A DNA stretch of 62,158 nucleotides, the filler included, from Chiloscyllium plagiosum (taxonomy: Eukaryota), in the NCBI RefSeq assembly GCF_004010195.1. It is 3 parts of one record of this genome, joined end to end, with 100 filler letters (N's around TTAATTAATTAA, not from the genome) between each part and the next. Parts side by side here need not be neighbours in the genome. Positions count along the whole stretch, not along the records: positions 1 to 29,693 come from NC_057710.1; 2 more parts are not named here. The stretch is one strand, 5' to 3'. The position numbers and the translations under genes were made by a program. The notes below the pieces were generated by a model. That model did not search any database. It saw only the letters and a program-made list of their open reading frames with translations, and was not told the DNA's origin. Below, in pieces: positions 13,180 through 26,115 of the stretch; position 1 is the stretch's first letter, and every line of letters begins with the position of its first letter.

Positions 13180-14195
13180 CCCTCTATCAGAAGTGAGGAT
13201 GTTTGGCGATGATTGTACAATGTTCAGAACCAGACGCAACTCCTCAGATACTGAAGCAGTCCTTGTCCAAATCCAAGAAGATTTGAATAATATTCTAGCT
13301 CAGGCTGATAATAAGCAGGCAATATTTGTGTCACACAAGTGCCAGACAATCGTCATTTCCAATCAGAGAGAATCCAACCATCGTTCTGTGATATTCAATG
13401 GTGTCACCATCTCTGAATTATCCACCAACAACATCCTGAGAGGGGTTACCATTGACCAGAAACTGAACTTAACCAGCCACATAAATATTGTGGCTACAAG
13501 ATCAGGTCAGAAACTAGAAATGCTGTGGTGAGTGACTTGCTGCCTAACTTCCCAAAACCACAAGGCACAAGTCAGAAATGTGATTGAATATATCCCACTT
13601 GCCGGGATGATGCAGCTCCAACAACACTCAAGAAGCTCAGTACCATCCAGGACATAACTGCTAGCTTGATTGGCACCATCCATCCACCTCCAACATTCAT
13701 TTCTTCCTTCACTGCATCAAGGAAACAGTGTTTACAAACTATAAGGTGCACTGCAACAATGCACCAAAGCTCCTTAGAGAGCACATTTAAACCTCTCTCA
13801 CTTAAAAAGACAAAGGCAACAGATACATGGGAGCACCAGCACCTGCAACTTCCTCTTCAAGTCACATACAATTCTCACCTAGAAATATAGAATCATGGAA
13901 TTTTCCAGAACAGAAGGAGACCATCCAGCCCATTATGTCTGAACCAACTCCCGAAATAACTACCCAGCTAGTCCCATTTTCCATCCTTATCGCCCTCGCT
14001 CTCTATATCACCATTCCTTCAGTGATGCTGGGTCAAATTCCTGGATTTCACTCCCTAACAGCATTGTGATTACCCCTACACACCAAGAACTGCAGTTCAA
14101 GAAGGCAGCTCATCACTACCGTCTCAAGGGCAATTAGGGATGGACAATAAACATGGCTGAACCAGTAAGGCTCACATACTGTGAATGATTTTTTT
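13180..14195 (+). mobile_element. CR1-clade LINE 3' half (second family)
   Basis: RT motif FGDDCTMF (FADD-like) and LRGVTIDQKLN. 3' end ggcaattagggatggacaataaac. Related pieces at ~36030-36550 (+), ~58760-59400 (-) and ~60850-61160 (-). Confidence 0.8.
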
Positions 14196-16069
14196 TAAAA
14201 AAGGACTCCAGGAACAGTTGCTGTAGATTGAAAACTGTAACTGAAACGATCTGTGACTTTTGCTGAGTCTACATGGAAAACAAGATTTTCATATGTCTGT
14301 GCAAATTGTAAAGCTCCACTAGCTTTTTTCAGCTTCTGAAAGGAGTGGGCCAAATAATTGCTCAGTGCTTGTGACTCCTGCCTACAAATCCTAAGTTTCT
14401 CACAGAACACAGGTTCAGTTTGGGAGCAAATTCAACTGGGTCTCGAGCTAAGCTGTTGCTGGCAGGGTGTGTGGAGTCACAGACATGGGCTGGGAGGTAT
14501 TGAGAAGCTGACCTTTCACACTGGCCTCAGGGGGAGCACAGATTGCGGTCATGCTCGGAATGGACAGCAAAGTGAAATTAATTCTCGGCACTTGTTCATT
14601 CGGATGCCACTGACTTCGTACATTCTTTCCCTTCTAAGGATACAATTTCACGTAAACATATGTCAAAATTATGACTCAGGAAACAGGCCATTTGAGCAAA
14701 TAATTACCATTACATTTATCATACTGTTCCCATTTCCCTTCAAACATTTTTCCTACGTCCATCGAACTCATAGACATTTACATCAAGAAGGCTATTTGGA
14801 CCATCATTTCAAAGTCAGTGAACAAGGATCTGACTATATTATCCCATTTCCAGTTTTTGGCCCATAACCCTGGAGGGAGTTATTTTATCTAATCTTCATT
14901 GGTGACATAATTTCTGTTTTAGCACTTAATTTGAAAGTGAATTTGATTGCCTCCCAACTCTCTCTAATCGGAAAAATTTGTATTTAAATTTGTATCTCCA
15001 TCTCCTTGCTTATAGTCCCTCAGCTCCTGCTTTTATCTATCACTGGGTAACCTTTTGATTGTTCAAGTGTATATATTTGTCATTCATGAACCTTTGGCTG
15101 TAATTATATGATGGCTATTTAACCAATGGGCATCATCTCATTGTTAATCCCATGCTCAAATATTTCAATATTCTCCTGATAGATTTCCCACTATAGCTGC
15201 TCTACAAAATTGAGCTCACCCAAATATCCACTGCCAGAATGTGACCTACATAAAATCCCCTACGCTCAAAGACTAACATTAACTCCAGGTCTCACTACAC
15301 CAACATTTTACTGCCAGATCTGGCTCGACAAAAATTAACACTTATTGCTTCCTATTTCAGGATTCTCTTAGAATGCAAAGAGGAATCTTGATTTATTTTC
15401 TGTGCTGCAAACTATTTTCCTAAATCCCTTCTCCCTGTCTCCTCTATCTTCACCTCAAACAATAAATATTTGTAAGTGATGAGAGAGTGATGTTTATGCA
15501 TTACCATGCCATGTTTACATTGATAAAACTCCCTTTATCCTGATAGCAGAAAGGTGGACCCGTGATATGATTCTGCCATTGGGATAAGAGAGTTGTTTTG
15601 CAGTATTTAAACATTGAGAGTTAACAAATTGATGAATGAAAGAAGCATCAAATGCAAAAGCGCGAATTTACTGTTGAATTCAGGGTCCCAGAATGAAGAA
15701 GCTTGGCACAGATGAAAGAGCCATTAGCACTTTGTTTTAATTCTTATTGAACTGCATCTTAACAAAGGAGTGTAAACTGCTGCTGGAAGGCTCAGTCTGG
15801 GAACATGAGCCCCTGCAAGGGGACTAAAAAGCTTTCCCGGGTCTTAAAGCATTTTTATGCAATTTGAGATTTGTTTGAGTTTAATATATTCCTTGTATTA
15901 CCACAACATAGCAGCAGAACAACAAATTACATGTATATAATATTGACAATTGGAAACATCTTAAGGCGTTTGGCAGAGAGGTCTAAGGATATGGGTGCTG
16001 ATCCAGGAAGGGGAAGGATTAGGATTGGGGTCCAAAAACTTGGCTAAACAGTTGGATTTTTATAAAAAG

Positions 16070-16245
16070 CAAGCAACTTGCTGTTAGAGAATATCTTTAA
16101 TATCCTCAAGACTTCATGGAGCACTTTTACAAAGTCTGAACTGTTATAAATGGTGACAAGCAACTTGCAGATAGCAAGATGCTATAAATGGCAATGTGAT
16201 AATGACTGGATCGTCTGTTTGTTGATTGAGGGATAATATTGTTCA
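16070..16245 (-). mobile_element. LF-SINE 3' fragment
   Basis: Reverse complement reads caatattatccctcaatcaac...gtcattatcacattgcc, matching 21740-21810. Confidence 0.6.
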
Positions 16246-16249
16246 GAAC

Positions 16250-17620
16250 AATATTAATAAAATGAATAAATAAAGGTAATAAAGTGGGCATATAGAAAAG
16301 GGAACCAGACACACAAGAAAGGTTTCGCATTCATAGTCTAGTGGAATGGGCAAAACTGTGGCAGACATAGCTCAATGCAAGCAAGTGCGAAGTTATCCAT
16401 TTTGGACTAAAAAAAGGATAGATCAGAGTACTTTCTAAATGGTATGCAGTTAAATACAGTGAATGTCCAAAGAGACTTGGGAGTTCAGATGCACAGATCT
16501 TTAAATGCCACCAACGATGCAGAAAATAATAAGAAAATGAATGGAAGGCTGCCCTTTAAGTCAAAAGGATTGGAGTATAAGGATGCAGAAGTTATGCTTC
16601 AGCTGTACAAACCTCTGGTTAGGCCCCACATGGAGTACTGTGAGCACCAGACCTCAGGAAGGATATTTTGGCCAAGGAAGAAGCATAATGTATGTCTACA
16701 AGGATGATACCTAGATTTCAGGGGTCAAATAATGAGGAGATATTATACAAATGGGAAGAACGGTTTTGGAGAGCGGACACTACCCCGGAAGTCTTAACTC
16801 TTGCTTTATCCTGATAGATCTGTCAGACCTGCAAAGTTTCTCCAGCAATTTCTGCTTTTGTTTCAGATTGTCAGCATCCGCAGTTCTTTATTATATATTT
16901 TAGGCCTGTTTTCTATACAGTTTAGAAGGTTAAGGGGTGCTCTTTACTTGATTAGATTAGATTGGATTCCCTACAGTGTGGAAACAGGCCCTTCGGCCCA
17001 ACCAGTCCACAACAACCCTCCGAAGAGTAACCCACCCAGACCCGTTTCCCTCTGACTAAAGCACCTAACATTATGGGCAATTTAGCATGGCCAATTTGCC
17101 TAACTTGCACATCTTTGGACTGTGGGAGGAAACCGGAGCGCCTGGAGGAAACCCACGCAGATACAAGAAGAATGTAGAAACTCCACACAGACTCACCCGA
17201 GGCTGGAATCAAACCTGGGACCCTGGTGCTGTGAGGCAGCAGTGCTAACCACTGAGCCACCATAAAAGTCCTCGCAATATTATTAGGAAATGACAGGGTA
17301 GAGAAAGATATCCTATTTGCACTGGTTGGGAATTCTAGAAGTAGGGCACATAATCTGTGAATTAGGACCAGACCATGCAGGAGAGATGTTAGGAAGCACT
17401 TCGACATAGAAAGATTGGTAGAGGTTTGGAACTCTCTTTCACAAATGGCAGTGGTTGCTGGATCAGATGTTAATTTTATATTTGAAATAGATAAACTTTT
17501 ATGAAGCAAAGATGTCAAGGGATATGGGTCAAAGACATGTATATGAAATTAGGCCTCCGATGTCTTGTTAAATGGGGGAGCAGGCTCAAGAGGCTGAATG
17601 GCCTCCTCCTGTTCCTATAT
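16250..17620 (+). mobile_element. CR1 ORF2 3' half with nested PLE family-D piece (~16770-16895) and HE1 SINE
   Basis: VQRDLGVQMHRSL...MLQLYKPLVRPHMEYC. Confidence 0.85.
16951..17262 (-). mobile_element. HE1-type V-SINE
   Basis: Reverse-complement head at 17262 and attagattagatt tail at 16951. Confidence 0.92.
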
Positions 17621-19964
17621 ATTCCATAGGAATGGGATTGAAGAGGATTGTGAATTAAACCCAAGGGGTGAGAAGGGCACGTGTATGGGCCAGAGATTGG
17701 CTAAGCTATTGATGGAAGCAAGTAGTCTTCGTATTGGGGAGAACAATGGGGTTGAATTTCACAGGATTCCTACTAATCACAACGTAATTTTGTCAGAAAT
17801 TTTGGAGCTGCAGCATGTAATTTCTCCAGAATTTCCACTCATCTTTTGCCAGTTACACTAGTAAACTGGCAGAGTTCCCCTAGGCTATTCCTCCTGATGT
17901 CCTAAGGAGGTGGCTTCTTGTGAAAAGAAGAAACCTAGGAAAATGAGAAAAGGCATTGAAACGATTTGCATAGAGCATGAGAGCTTTAGCTCCAGGTGTG
18001 GGTCTCAATTTCACTGTTACATTCTCAATTAATCTGGCGCGTTAATCTTTGTTGAAACCGCTGGTAGTAAAGCCCATGACTCTACCATGATATAAAAATA
18101 GTTTACTAAAGGTAAGATTGTGCGATCATACAAGTGACAATGCAAAACAATACTAAAATGCAAAATTAATAGGTATGTGCTTTCACATTCTTCCTAACAG
18201 CACAATAAAGGGTGAGAGGGGGAGTCCTTCCTGCGCCTGTTAGGCTTTTCTACAGAGGGGATCAATACAAAGTCAAACACTTGCAAATGGAGAAGCATCA
18301 CGTTTTATTCATATTCTTTCCAATAGGCTGAATTGAAAGAGGGTCATCCTTTTGTTTTGGAGCCAGCTTACCCATCTACAGACAGACAATTACTATTTAC
18401 ATGGCGTCCTCCTCGGCTGTTTGCTTATGGAAAAGAGTTGGGGGGGGGGGTGGGGGGGGTGGGTGAGTTTACTCCATACAAAGAGAGAGGCCCTGACCAC
18501 AGCTAATAACCAATAACCTTGCCTGATGTGATCATTAACCCTGTTAGAAAATACGGCAGCTCTGTTCAGCTAGGGGCTTGCCACTAGAACGTGATTTGTG
18601 CCAGACACAGTTGGCAAACTTAAGTCTTTTATTTTAACCAGTGCTGGGGAAATCTAGTTTCTGTCTGCTCCAGTTCAATCGCCACGGAAGGAAAAATCAA
18701 AATGAGATTTCAGCACCTCTTCCACATCATTTTCGTTATATGTGCAAGTCTTCTGCTGATCAGTGGACAGAAAGCAGGTTAGTGACTGATTCCTATACTC
18801 TTATTAGCTGAGTTTTCAATCTGGGATTTATGTGATACTAAGATAGTTTAAAACCATTGTATAATAGTTCCTAAAGGTTTTGCAAAATACGTAGCATTTG
18901 GCACAGGTAAAATTATTAGAGCAGTACAGTTTTATTTGAGGAAGGAGCGCTGAACAAAATGGATTTTATAACAAGGCACAGAGAAAGGTGTTACTTTTCA
19001 CAAACCAAGACTCACTAGAAAATAAACCTCAATTAAGCTTCACATGAACTGTGTCATCCAGTTATGCTTTAAGGGTAAAATTACATGGTGTTTTCAAGGG
19101 GTTCATTACAATTTTATGCAAGTCCAGAGTGCTCAACAGCAACAAACACCCCTTTCACAAAAACATAGTCTGTGGCAAGTAATAAGAGAGGTTAATTGGC
19201 TGAACAGCACAAGTCAAGCCTTCAAACTCGCACAAAAAGCACTTCGAAAATTCAAGAGTGCTAGTTTAACAATGCCCTGTACTGGCTGCATTCCTGAGTC
19301 TCTGCTTTGGAACATGTCACATTCAATTTAATATGTTAGGTGACAAACCGCCAATTTACTCTAATTCTTACTTTCAGGTAAAAGATGGAGGAGGAAAATG
19401 CAAAGGCACAAGTGTTTGCAAAGAAGATGCATGCCTCTGCACTCAAGAGTACCCTTCCCTTAAGGTTTGTTAAAATTAGGGTCTGCTCAATTGATTGCAA
19501 CAAATTTTACAATCTAACTGGAAACATGGTGATGTTGAAAGAACAAATTCCACACTCTCAGGAAGCCGATTGCAATGTCGTTATGGTTTTACTTGTCATG
19601 TGCACGTAGCAAGTTTCTTATTTTCAAACACTGCCGTTTTGAATCTTCAATAATTTCCCCTAGTCCCCAAAGATGTCAGTGGGGCATGGGAGGGACTGAT
19701 GTCTAAAGTAAACATAAAAATGCATTTATTCGGTAGCTAGAGCATCTTTAGGATAATTTAATGCTGCCTGGAGTTTAGTGGGTTGCTGGAGATGTTGACT
19801 CTTGGTACGCAGAGCCACGGTAAATTTGTCAGCTTTGTAAGGCTACTTGACTGGAAGGCTGATTTTCCAGTATGACACTCTGAGTTTCTTCCTCAATGTT
19901 GTGAACTGGACATCAGTATATAACACAGGATTCCACAGTGCCTCAGATACAGATCTTGGCAGGC

Positions 19965-20091
19965 ACTTTCCTAGTGGATGAAAGTCCTGATGAAGGGCTT
20001 TTGCCCAAAGCGTAGATTTTCCTGCTCCTCGGACGCTGCCTGACCTGCTGTGCTTTTCCAGCACCACACTAATCTTGACTTTCCTAGTGGA
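19965..20091 (+). mobile_element. Single-arm PLE family-A pLTR with 14-bp TSD
   Basis: actttcctagtgga at 19965-19978 and 20078-20091. Decayed hammerhead CTGATGAagggcttttgccc inside. Confidence 0.85.
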
Positions 20092-20115
20092 CCAACTTCT
20101 TAAGGTTACTTCTGT

Positions 20116-20438
20116 GGGCGGCACGGTGGCACAGTGGTTAGCACTGCTGCCTCACAGCGCCAGAGACCCGGGTTCAATTCCCGACTCAGGCGACTGACTG
20201 TGTGGAGTTTGCACGTTCTCCCCGTGTCTGCGTGGGTTTCCTCCGGATGCTCCGGTTTCCTCCCACAGTCCAAAGATGTGCAGGGTCAGGTGAATTGGCC
20301 ACGCTAAATTGCCCATAGTGTTAGGTTAAAGGGGTAAATGTAGGGGTAGGGGTATGGGTGGGTTGCGCTTCGGCGGGTCAGTGTGGACTTGTTGGGCCGA
20401 AGGGCCTGTTTCCACCCTGTAAGTAATCTAATCTAATC
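20116..20438 (+). mobile_element. Full-length, young HE1 V-SINE
   Basis: gggcggcacggtggcacagtggttagc (A box), ggttcaattcc (B box), CpG-rich V-domain and (taatc)n tail. Confidence 0.95.
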
Positions 20439-21489
20439 TTCTAAGAACAGGTAGCTCAAACCTAAAGGCAGATTTTATACGTCAGATTCTTGACGCAGTT
20501 TCCTGCTCTTTGTGCTATTTCAAAGGAATGAAACTGGTCCAATGAAATACCAACAGATGACATGCTCAAGAGGAAGATAACATGAATATTAAGCAGAGTA
20601 TCCAGACGAAAACCTTGTGAGTTATATGGAAACTTGCCCTTCATATGTCCGAGGCAACTAATATCCCACAATAGAGATGGAAATTTATTGCAGATACTGG
20701 AAATTTGCAAGAGCAACAAAACATGTTGGAAAATCTCAGAAGGTCATCCAGTGGCAGCAGTTAATGTTTTAGGTTATTAACACTGTTTCTCTCTGGATGT
20801 TGATTTTTTTCCCCTGGTATTTCTGTTTATATTTAATATGCCACAGGGCCTACTGGTGTCTGAAATCATCAAATGTACAGGTGGGCAGAGCATGATTGCT
20901 TTCCAGGCACAAAAGGGAATGATAGCAAGGTGATTCCTAGTGGATTTAACCATTCATATTTAAAGTGCAGCAAATAGATGGACAAAGGGGGTGAGGGGGC
21001 TGGGGGTGGGGGGTGGGAAAGGGGGGCGGAGTTGCACTCTTTTAAGGTAGCAGTGCCTTCATTTCACTATTAGTGAAACAAGTCCAGTGGTCACTCACTA
21101 GGCAATTTAAAGCATTACACCAAATCGACCAGTCTCACTAAAAAAATGATCACAACTAGTTAATTACATCACATTCAAATAACCAATCCTGTTTTGCTGT
21201 TCAAACACACAAAGCAAACAAAATGTTGTTTGATCTCAATAAAGATATCTTCAGTTTGAACCGATAAATGGGTTGAAATTTGAGTTGACACTTCATGCAG
21301 TCACTCAAAGTGACCATGATACCCAGACTAGTTTGTTCAATTTATCAAACTGCAGAGCCCAAGTTAATGAACAAACAGGGTTTAAGTGGCAATATGTGGA
21401 ATGTGGCAGGAGGAGGGAATTCAAATAATTTCAGATATGCAGTAAACACGGAGTATTTTAAGTGCTCTTGGTAGAACTTAAAAAGGCAG

Positions 21490-21915
21490 TTGCAGTTTGA
21501 CTCAGTGCGAGCACTCAGCTCTGAGTCAGAAGGTCGTGGGTTTAATTTTAGTCATGAGATTAGAGTTCCTCATGTGGATTTCAGCATTCAACACTAAGGC
21601 AGTGCTGCATTATAGGAGGTGCCGTCTTTTGGATGAGATGTTAAACCAAGGCTCCGTCTGTTATCTCAGGTGAATATAGAAGACCCTTTGGCAGTATTTC
21701 AAAAGAAAAGCAAGAGATTTCCCTAGTGCCCTGATTTAAAATATTTATCCCTCAATCAACATTACTAAGACACAACTTATCTGGTAATTTATCTCTTTGT
21801 TATTTGTAGGAGTTCACTGTGTACAACGTTTCATAGATTACAATCAAAAATACTTCATTGCAGCTATAAATGCAGTGATTTCTAAAATCATGAAAAGCAC
21901 TATTTAAAGTAAGAT
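21490..21915 (+). mobile_element. Near full-length LF-SINE-like element
   Basis: ctctgagtcagaaggtcgtgggtt head; ggaggtgccgtcttttggatgagatgttaaacc core; atatttatccctcaatcaacat; tgaaaagcactatttaaagtaag end. Confidence 0.8.
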
Positions 21916-22384
21916 TTAAAAAAAAAGCTAATTACCTGTAAAATGGGAAAATAGCTCTGGGGAATACTTTCTTACTGAAATACTATTCTAATGACCCTTT
22001 ATAGAGAATTTCTATCAATCCAGGACTTGCAAATTCATCCTGAATGCCATCGCCACCCACTCCACTTCCTCCTCCCCAAGGGTTTAACAGGTTTAACAAG
22101 TATCAAAGACAATATAAAGGGACACAGAAATTGTCAGGACTGAAAGAGACCAGTGTTCCAATGAGATGCTCTCACAGTTTGCAAACTGTATCAAAGATTT
22201 GTCTATTCTCCTTGCCTTTTCTCGTCAAATATCAATCTGCTTGTTCTTGAATTTGCTGACACTACCTACCTTCCCAGATACAAAATCTTTCATATTTGTA
22301 TCCACTCTGCATGTGAAGTAAAACTAAAATATCTGTCCACCCTCCTTAGAGCTTGTGCCCCTTTAATGTAAATTAAAACCAAAT

Positions 22385-22490
22385 GGTTCTGAGGAAGGGT
22401 CACCGGATCCAAAACATTAACTTAGATTTCTCTTCACAGATGCTGCTAGGCCTGATGAGCTTTTCCAGCAACTTCAGTTCTGTTTGCTTC
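22385..22490 (+). mobile_element. PLE family-D pLTR with CpG-decayed hammerhead
   Basis: gttCTGAGGAagggtcaccggatccAAAACATTaac...cagatgctgctaggcctgatgagcttttccagc. Confidence 0.65.
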
Positions 22491-22687
22491 AATATAAAGT
22501 GTGTGACTACATTGGAAGTGTTGAGTTTGATCTATTTTTATCCGATAGAATCTTGAACTGCGTAAAAGATCTTCCCCCAAATTGCCTCATATCCAGTGTA
22601 ATACATCCAGCTTCTGCAACCACTTCTTGTAGCTCAGTTATTTCTATTGTACTCTTTTCAAATGTCAGGATGTTGGCTATATTTAAA

Positions 22688-22901
22688 TTGATTTGGAGAT
22701 GCCGGTGTTGGACTGGGGTGTACAAAGTTAAAAATCACACAACACCAGGTTATAATCCAACAGGTTTAATTGGAAGCACTAGCTTTCGGAGCGCTGCTCC
22801 TTCATCAGGTACAACCAGCTGATGAAGGAGCAGCATTCCGAAAGCTAGTGCTTCCAATTAAACCTATTGGACTATAACCTGGTGTTGTGTGATTTTTAAC
22901 T
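22688..22901. mobile_element. Palindromic PLE family-B element with hammerhead cores on both strands
   Basis: Inverted arms about 22726-22808 and 22819-22901. TSD ggctatatttaaa (22675-22687) / gggtatatttaaa (22902-22914). Confidence 0.88.
22777..22811 (-). ncRNA. Minimal type-I hammerhead ribozyme, family B
   Basis: Minus strand TAC-CTGATGA-A-GGAGC(AGC)GCTCC-GAAA-GC-TA-GTG. Helix I is TAC/GTG; palindromic AGCT replaces stem III. Confidence 0.75.
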
Positions 22902-24273
22902 GGGTATATTTAAAAACTGTGATCGATTTTTATTTTAGAAAGATAAAAGGTAAGAAGCCGTGTGACTTAAATGGATTTGAGTTACAGATCACTCATAATA
23001 CAACTGAATGGGGGAAAAGGCTGAAGTATCAACTTATTTCCTAACAGCTGTGTGAAGTTTGGCTTATCAGGCTGGTTCTATGCTCCTGTGACACTTACGC
23101 TATAGTCACCCTAAGACTTTGCTTGCAACTTCAGAGAAATTATTGCCACATTTGGATTCAATGAGCTATGTCTCTCTACCACAGGATCTCCTTCCACTGT
23201 TGGATGGTACGTAGCCCAGAAAGGTCCACAGATTAAACCTGTACTAAGGTCACAGAAATAAGACAATACAAGCAAAACAAGCAACTTCAAATCACAGCAA
23301 ATTCTCTGTGAAGAAGAGGGGAGAAAATTGGCATTGGTTACAGAGGGGGGGGGAAAAAGATAATCCAAGGTCTATTTCAGTGTTAACAATATTGCGACTT
23401 GGTATGAACACATTGCAACAGAAGACAGATTGTGTAGTTTAGTACCAAAATGCTTTAACATTTATTGGTAGCTAACAATGGCAGTGAATCAAAGCTGAGG
23501 TATGTACAAATTTACAGAATCAGTTATTATACAATATCATAATTTTGTTTTCATCCTAAAGATCTAGCTCATGTGAAACACAAAACAAGTGGCTGAAGGA
23601 ACTAGATGTCTGCAATGGCAACATTTTGTCAACTTTGTGGTGGGAAAAAAAGAGCAAAGAACTGTTATTTCAATGGAATCAGATTGGAAAGATCCTGCGT
23701 GCTTAACTGGTGAGCATGTGATCACTGGAGACTTGGACAAATTCACCGTTTCCATATTCCAAGTGGAAATGCAGAAACCACAGAAGGCAACGTTAAGAGG
23801 TCTTTGGCAAGAACTGTAAAGAGAATACCTTCCAGATAAACCTTCCTATTGTTTAGGGCAAAAGAGCAACCAACATGGCTACAGTTCACCTGTTACTATA
23901 ATTTAATCAGTCAAGTGCATAATTCAGTATTTTATCCCCAAAGGATCATAGTGCAGCAATCTGCATTTCATTTAAAAGGAAACTTCATCACTGTATTGTA
24001 AAATAAAACTTATTTTGTCAACTGTATTTCATTAGTGTTGTAAGTACCTGTATGTTTTAAGACAACATGACAGGAGGAGGGTGAGTGATTAAGACTAATA
24101 GGTACAGATTAAATGTTTGATCCTTTAAAAAATTAAAAATGAGCCCATTGCCTCTGAAAATCATGAAGATTTGCTTTTAAGAAGGAAAGCACCATATCCA
24201 GATACCCAGTACCCTGCCACAGGGCATTGGGTACATATAGTCATTAGAAAGGATTTGCATTTTTATAACTCCC

Positions 24274-25068
24274 TTCAACAATGCCATTAGTTTTAAATGC
24301 TTTTGGGCATCCCAAGATCGTGAAAGGCAATATGACAGTAAATCAATGCAAGACTGTCTTTCCGAAGGTCAGAATTCTATTTAAAAAACAATGCGTGGGA
24401 CTATGCCAATGGAATAAAGAAATGTTAAGAGTTTTTAAAAGACAATGTCTATGGCTACAATGAAGTTTATAAATGTTAAGTTGGAGTAGGCTGTACTAAT
24501 ATAGGATATGTTTACTATAACTTGACATCTCATTCCTTTTCTCATCTACTAAAGAGATTGAAAATGTTAATAATTTTGCCTCCATCGAATTCCCCTTCAT
24601 CACCCATTATCTAGGTGTCTCAATCCACAGCTAACAATTCAACTCCACACTAATTGTCATTTTGTTCAACAATGCCATTAGTTTTAAATGCTTTTGGGCA
24701 TCCCAAGATCGTGAAAGGCAATATGACAGTAAATCAATGCAAGACTGTCTTTCCGAAGGTCAGAATTCTATTAAAAAAACAATGCGTGGGACTATGCCAA
24801 TGGAATAAAGAAGTGTTAAGAGTTTTTAAAAGACAATGTCTATGGCTACAATGAAGTTTATAAATGTTAAGTTGGAGTAGGCTGTACTAATATAGGATAT
24901 GTTTACTATAACTTGACATCTCATTCCTTTTCTCATCTACTAAAGAGATTGAAAATGTTGATAACACTTACTCAATTTTGCCTCCATCGAATTCCCCTTC
25001 ATCACCCATTATCTAGGTGTCTCATTCCACAGCCAACAATTCAACTCCACATTAATTGGCATTTTGTT
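24274..25068. repeat. Two-copy tandem duplication, ~391-bp period
   Basis: ttcaacaatgccattag... starts at 24274 and 24665. Copies differ by a few substitutions and a ~11-bp indel; the ORF track shows the duplicated MPLVLNAFGHPK ORFs. Confidence 0.95.
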
Positions 25069-25912
25069 TTAGATCACACTCCCTCTGTCCTCAAAAGGTC
25101 CATTTCCCAAGCTGTTAAAATATTGAACTGCGTGGGATGATGTGCAACTCTACAAGTCTTTGAAATGGAAATGAAAAATCTTGTTTCTTTCCTTGCTCTA
25201 AAGTTTCCTTTTGTTGAAGTGTATTTTACAACCAGAGCATTTCCCATACAAATACTGAATGCATATCTTAACCACAGTCATTAATCTATTGAAATGGGGC
25301 GAATACCATTCATGAAAAGGGGATACAGTAGAAGAACTACTTTAAATAGCATTCCTTACTGCTTTTGTCTTCCCCTCTTCCTTATATAGTCTTCAGATAT
25401 TTGCTGGTCTACTCAGTTCAATCTCCATTACATCACATATCTGGACTTTAGCTACTTTTCCTCTTTAGTTTAAGAAGACAGTCACCTTCCTTGAGAATAT
25501 CTTTTATGAAAATGAGAAATTGCTAACGTTGAAAATTTATTTGATTTACTACTTTTGGTTGTTTTAATTAATGTATGACTTGCACAATATTATTGCTAAA
25601 ATAATCTCTAGAGATGGACACTGAAATTTCAAGATCCATAGTAAATTTTGATTGCTTACAAGGCTGTCTTAATTTCTATAAAGAGACACTATCAGTAGTT
25701 TATACACCATAAAGTATGGGAAATCCTTTAACTAGGTGGGAAATTTCCTTTGGTCACGACATATAGTCAAATCTGGAACACTATATTTAGCAATATAGCA
25801 TCGAGCTTAATTGTACAACAGTTGCATATAGAATAAAATGCTTTTAAAATACTCTACTTCTTTTCAATTAATTCAGTGGAAGCACCAAAAAGATAAGGTT
25901 TTAACTATAGCT

Positions 25913-26115
25913 AGGTGAAAGTGAGGACTGCAGATGTTGGAGATCAGAGTCTAGAATAGAGTGGTGCTGGAAAAGCACAGCAGGTCAGGCAGCATCCGAG
26001 GGGCAGGAAAAATCGACATTTTGAGCAAAAGGGCTTTTGCCCGAAACGTCGATTTTCCTGCTCCTCTGATGCAGCCTGACCTGCTGTGCCTTTCCAGCAC
26101 CACTCTAATTTAGAC
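25913..26115. mobile_element. Palindromic PLE family-A element with imperfect 14-bp TSD
   Basis: Inverted arms around aagggcttttgcccgaaacgtc. Flanks ttttaactatagct (25899-25912) and ttttaactacaact (26116-26129). Confidence 0.85.

Noticed and set aside
20116..20195. tRNA-like A and B boxes
   Set aside because: SINE head, not a tRNA gene.
20986..21030. G-runs with quadruplex potential (also 18440-18464 and 41280-41360)
   Set aside because: Low-complexity tracts with no functional context visible.
23098..23250. Exon-like segment on the minus strand (acceptor plus GTAAGT donor)
   Set aside because: Stop codons in all three frames and no homology; at most non-coding.
24281..24854. Duplicated 60-66 aa ORFs (MPLVLNAFGHPK...)
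   Set aside because: By-product of the tandem duplication; no splice or homology support.
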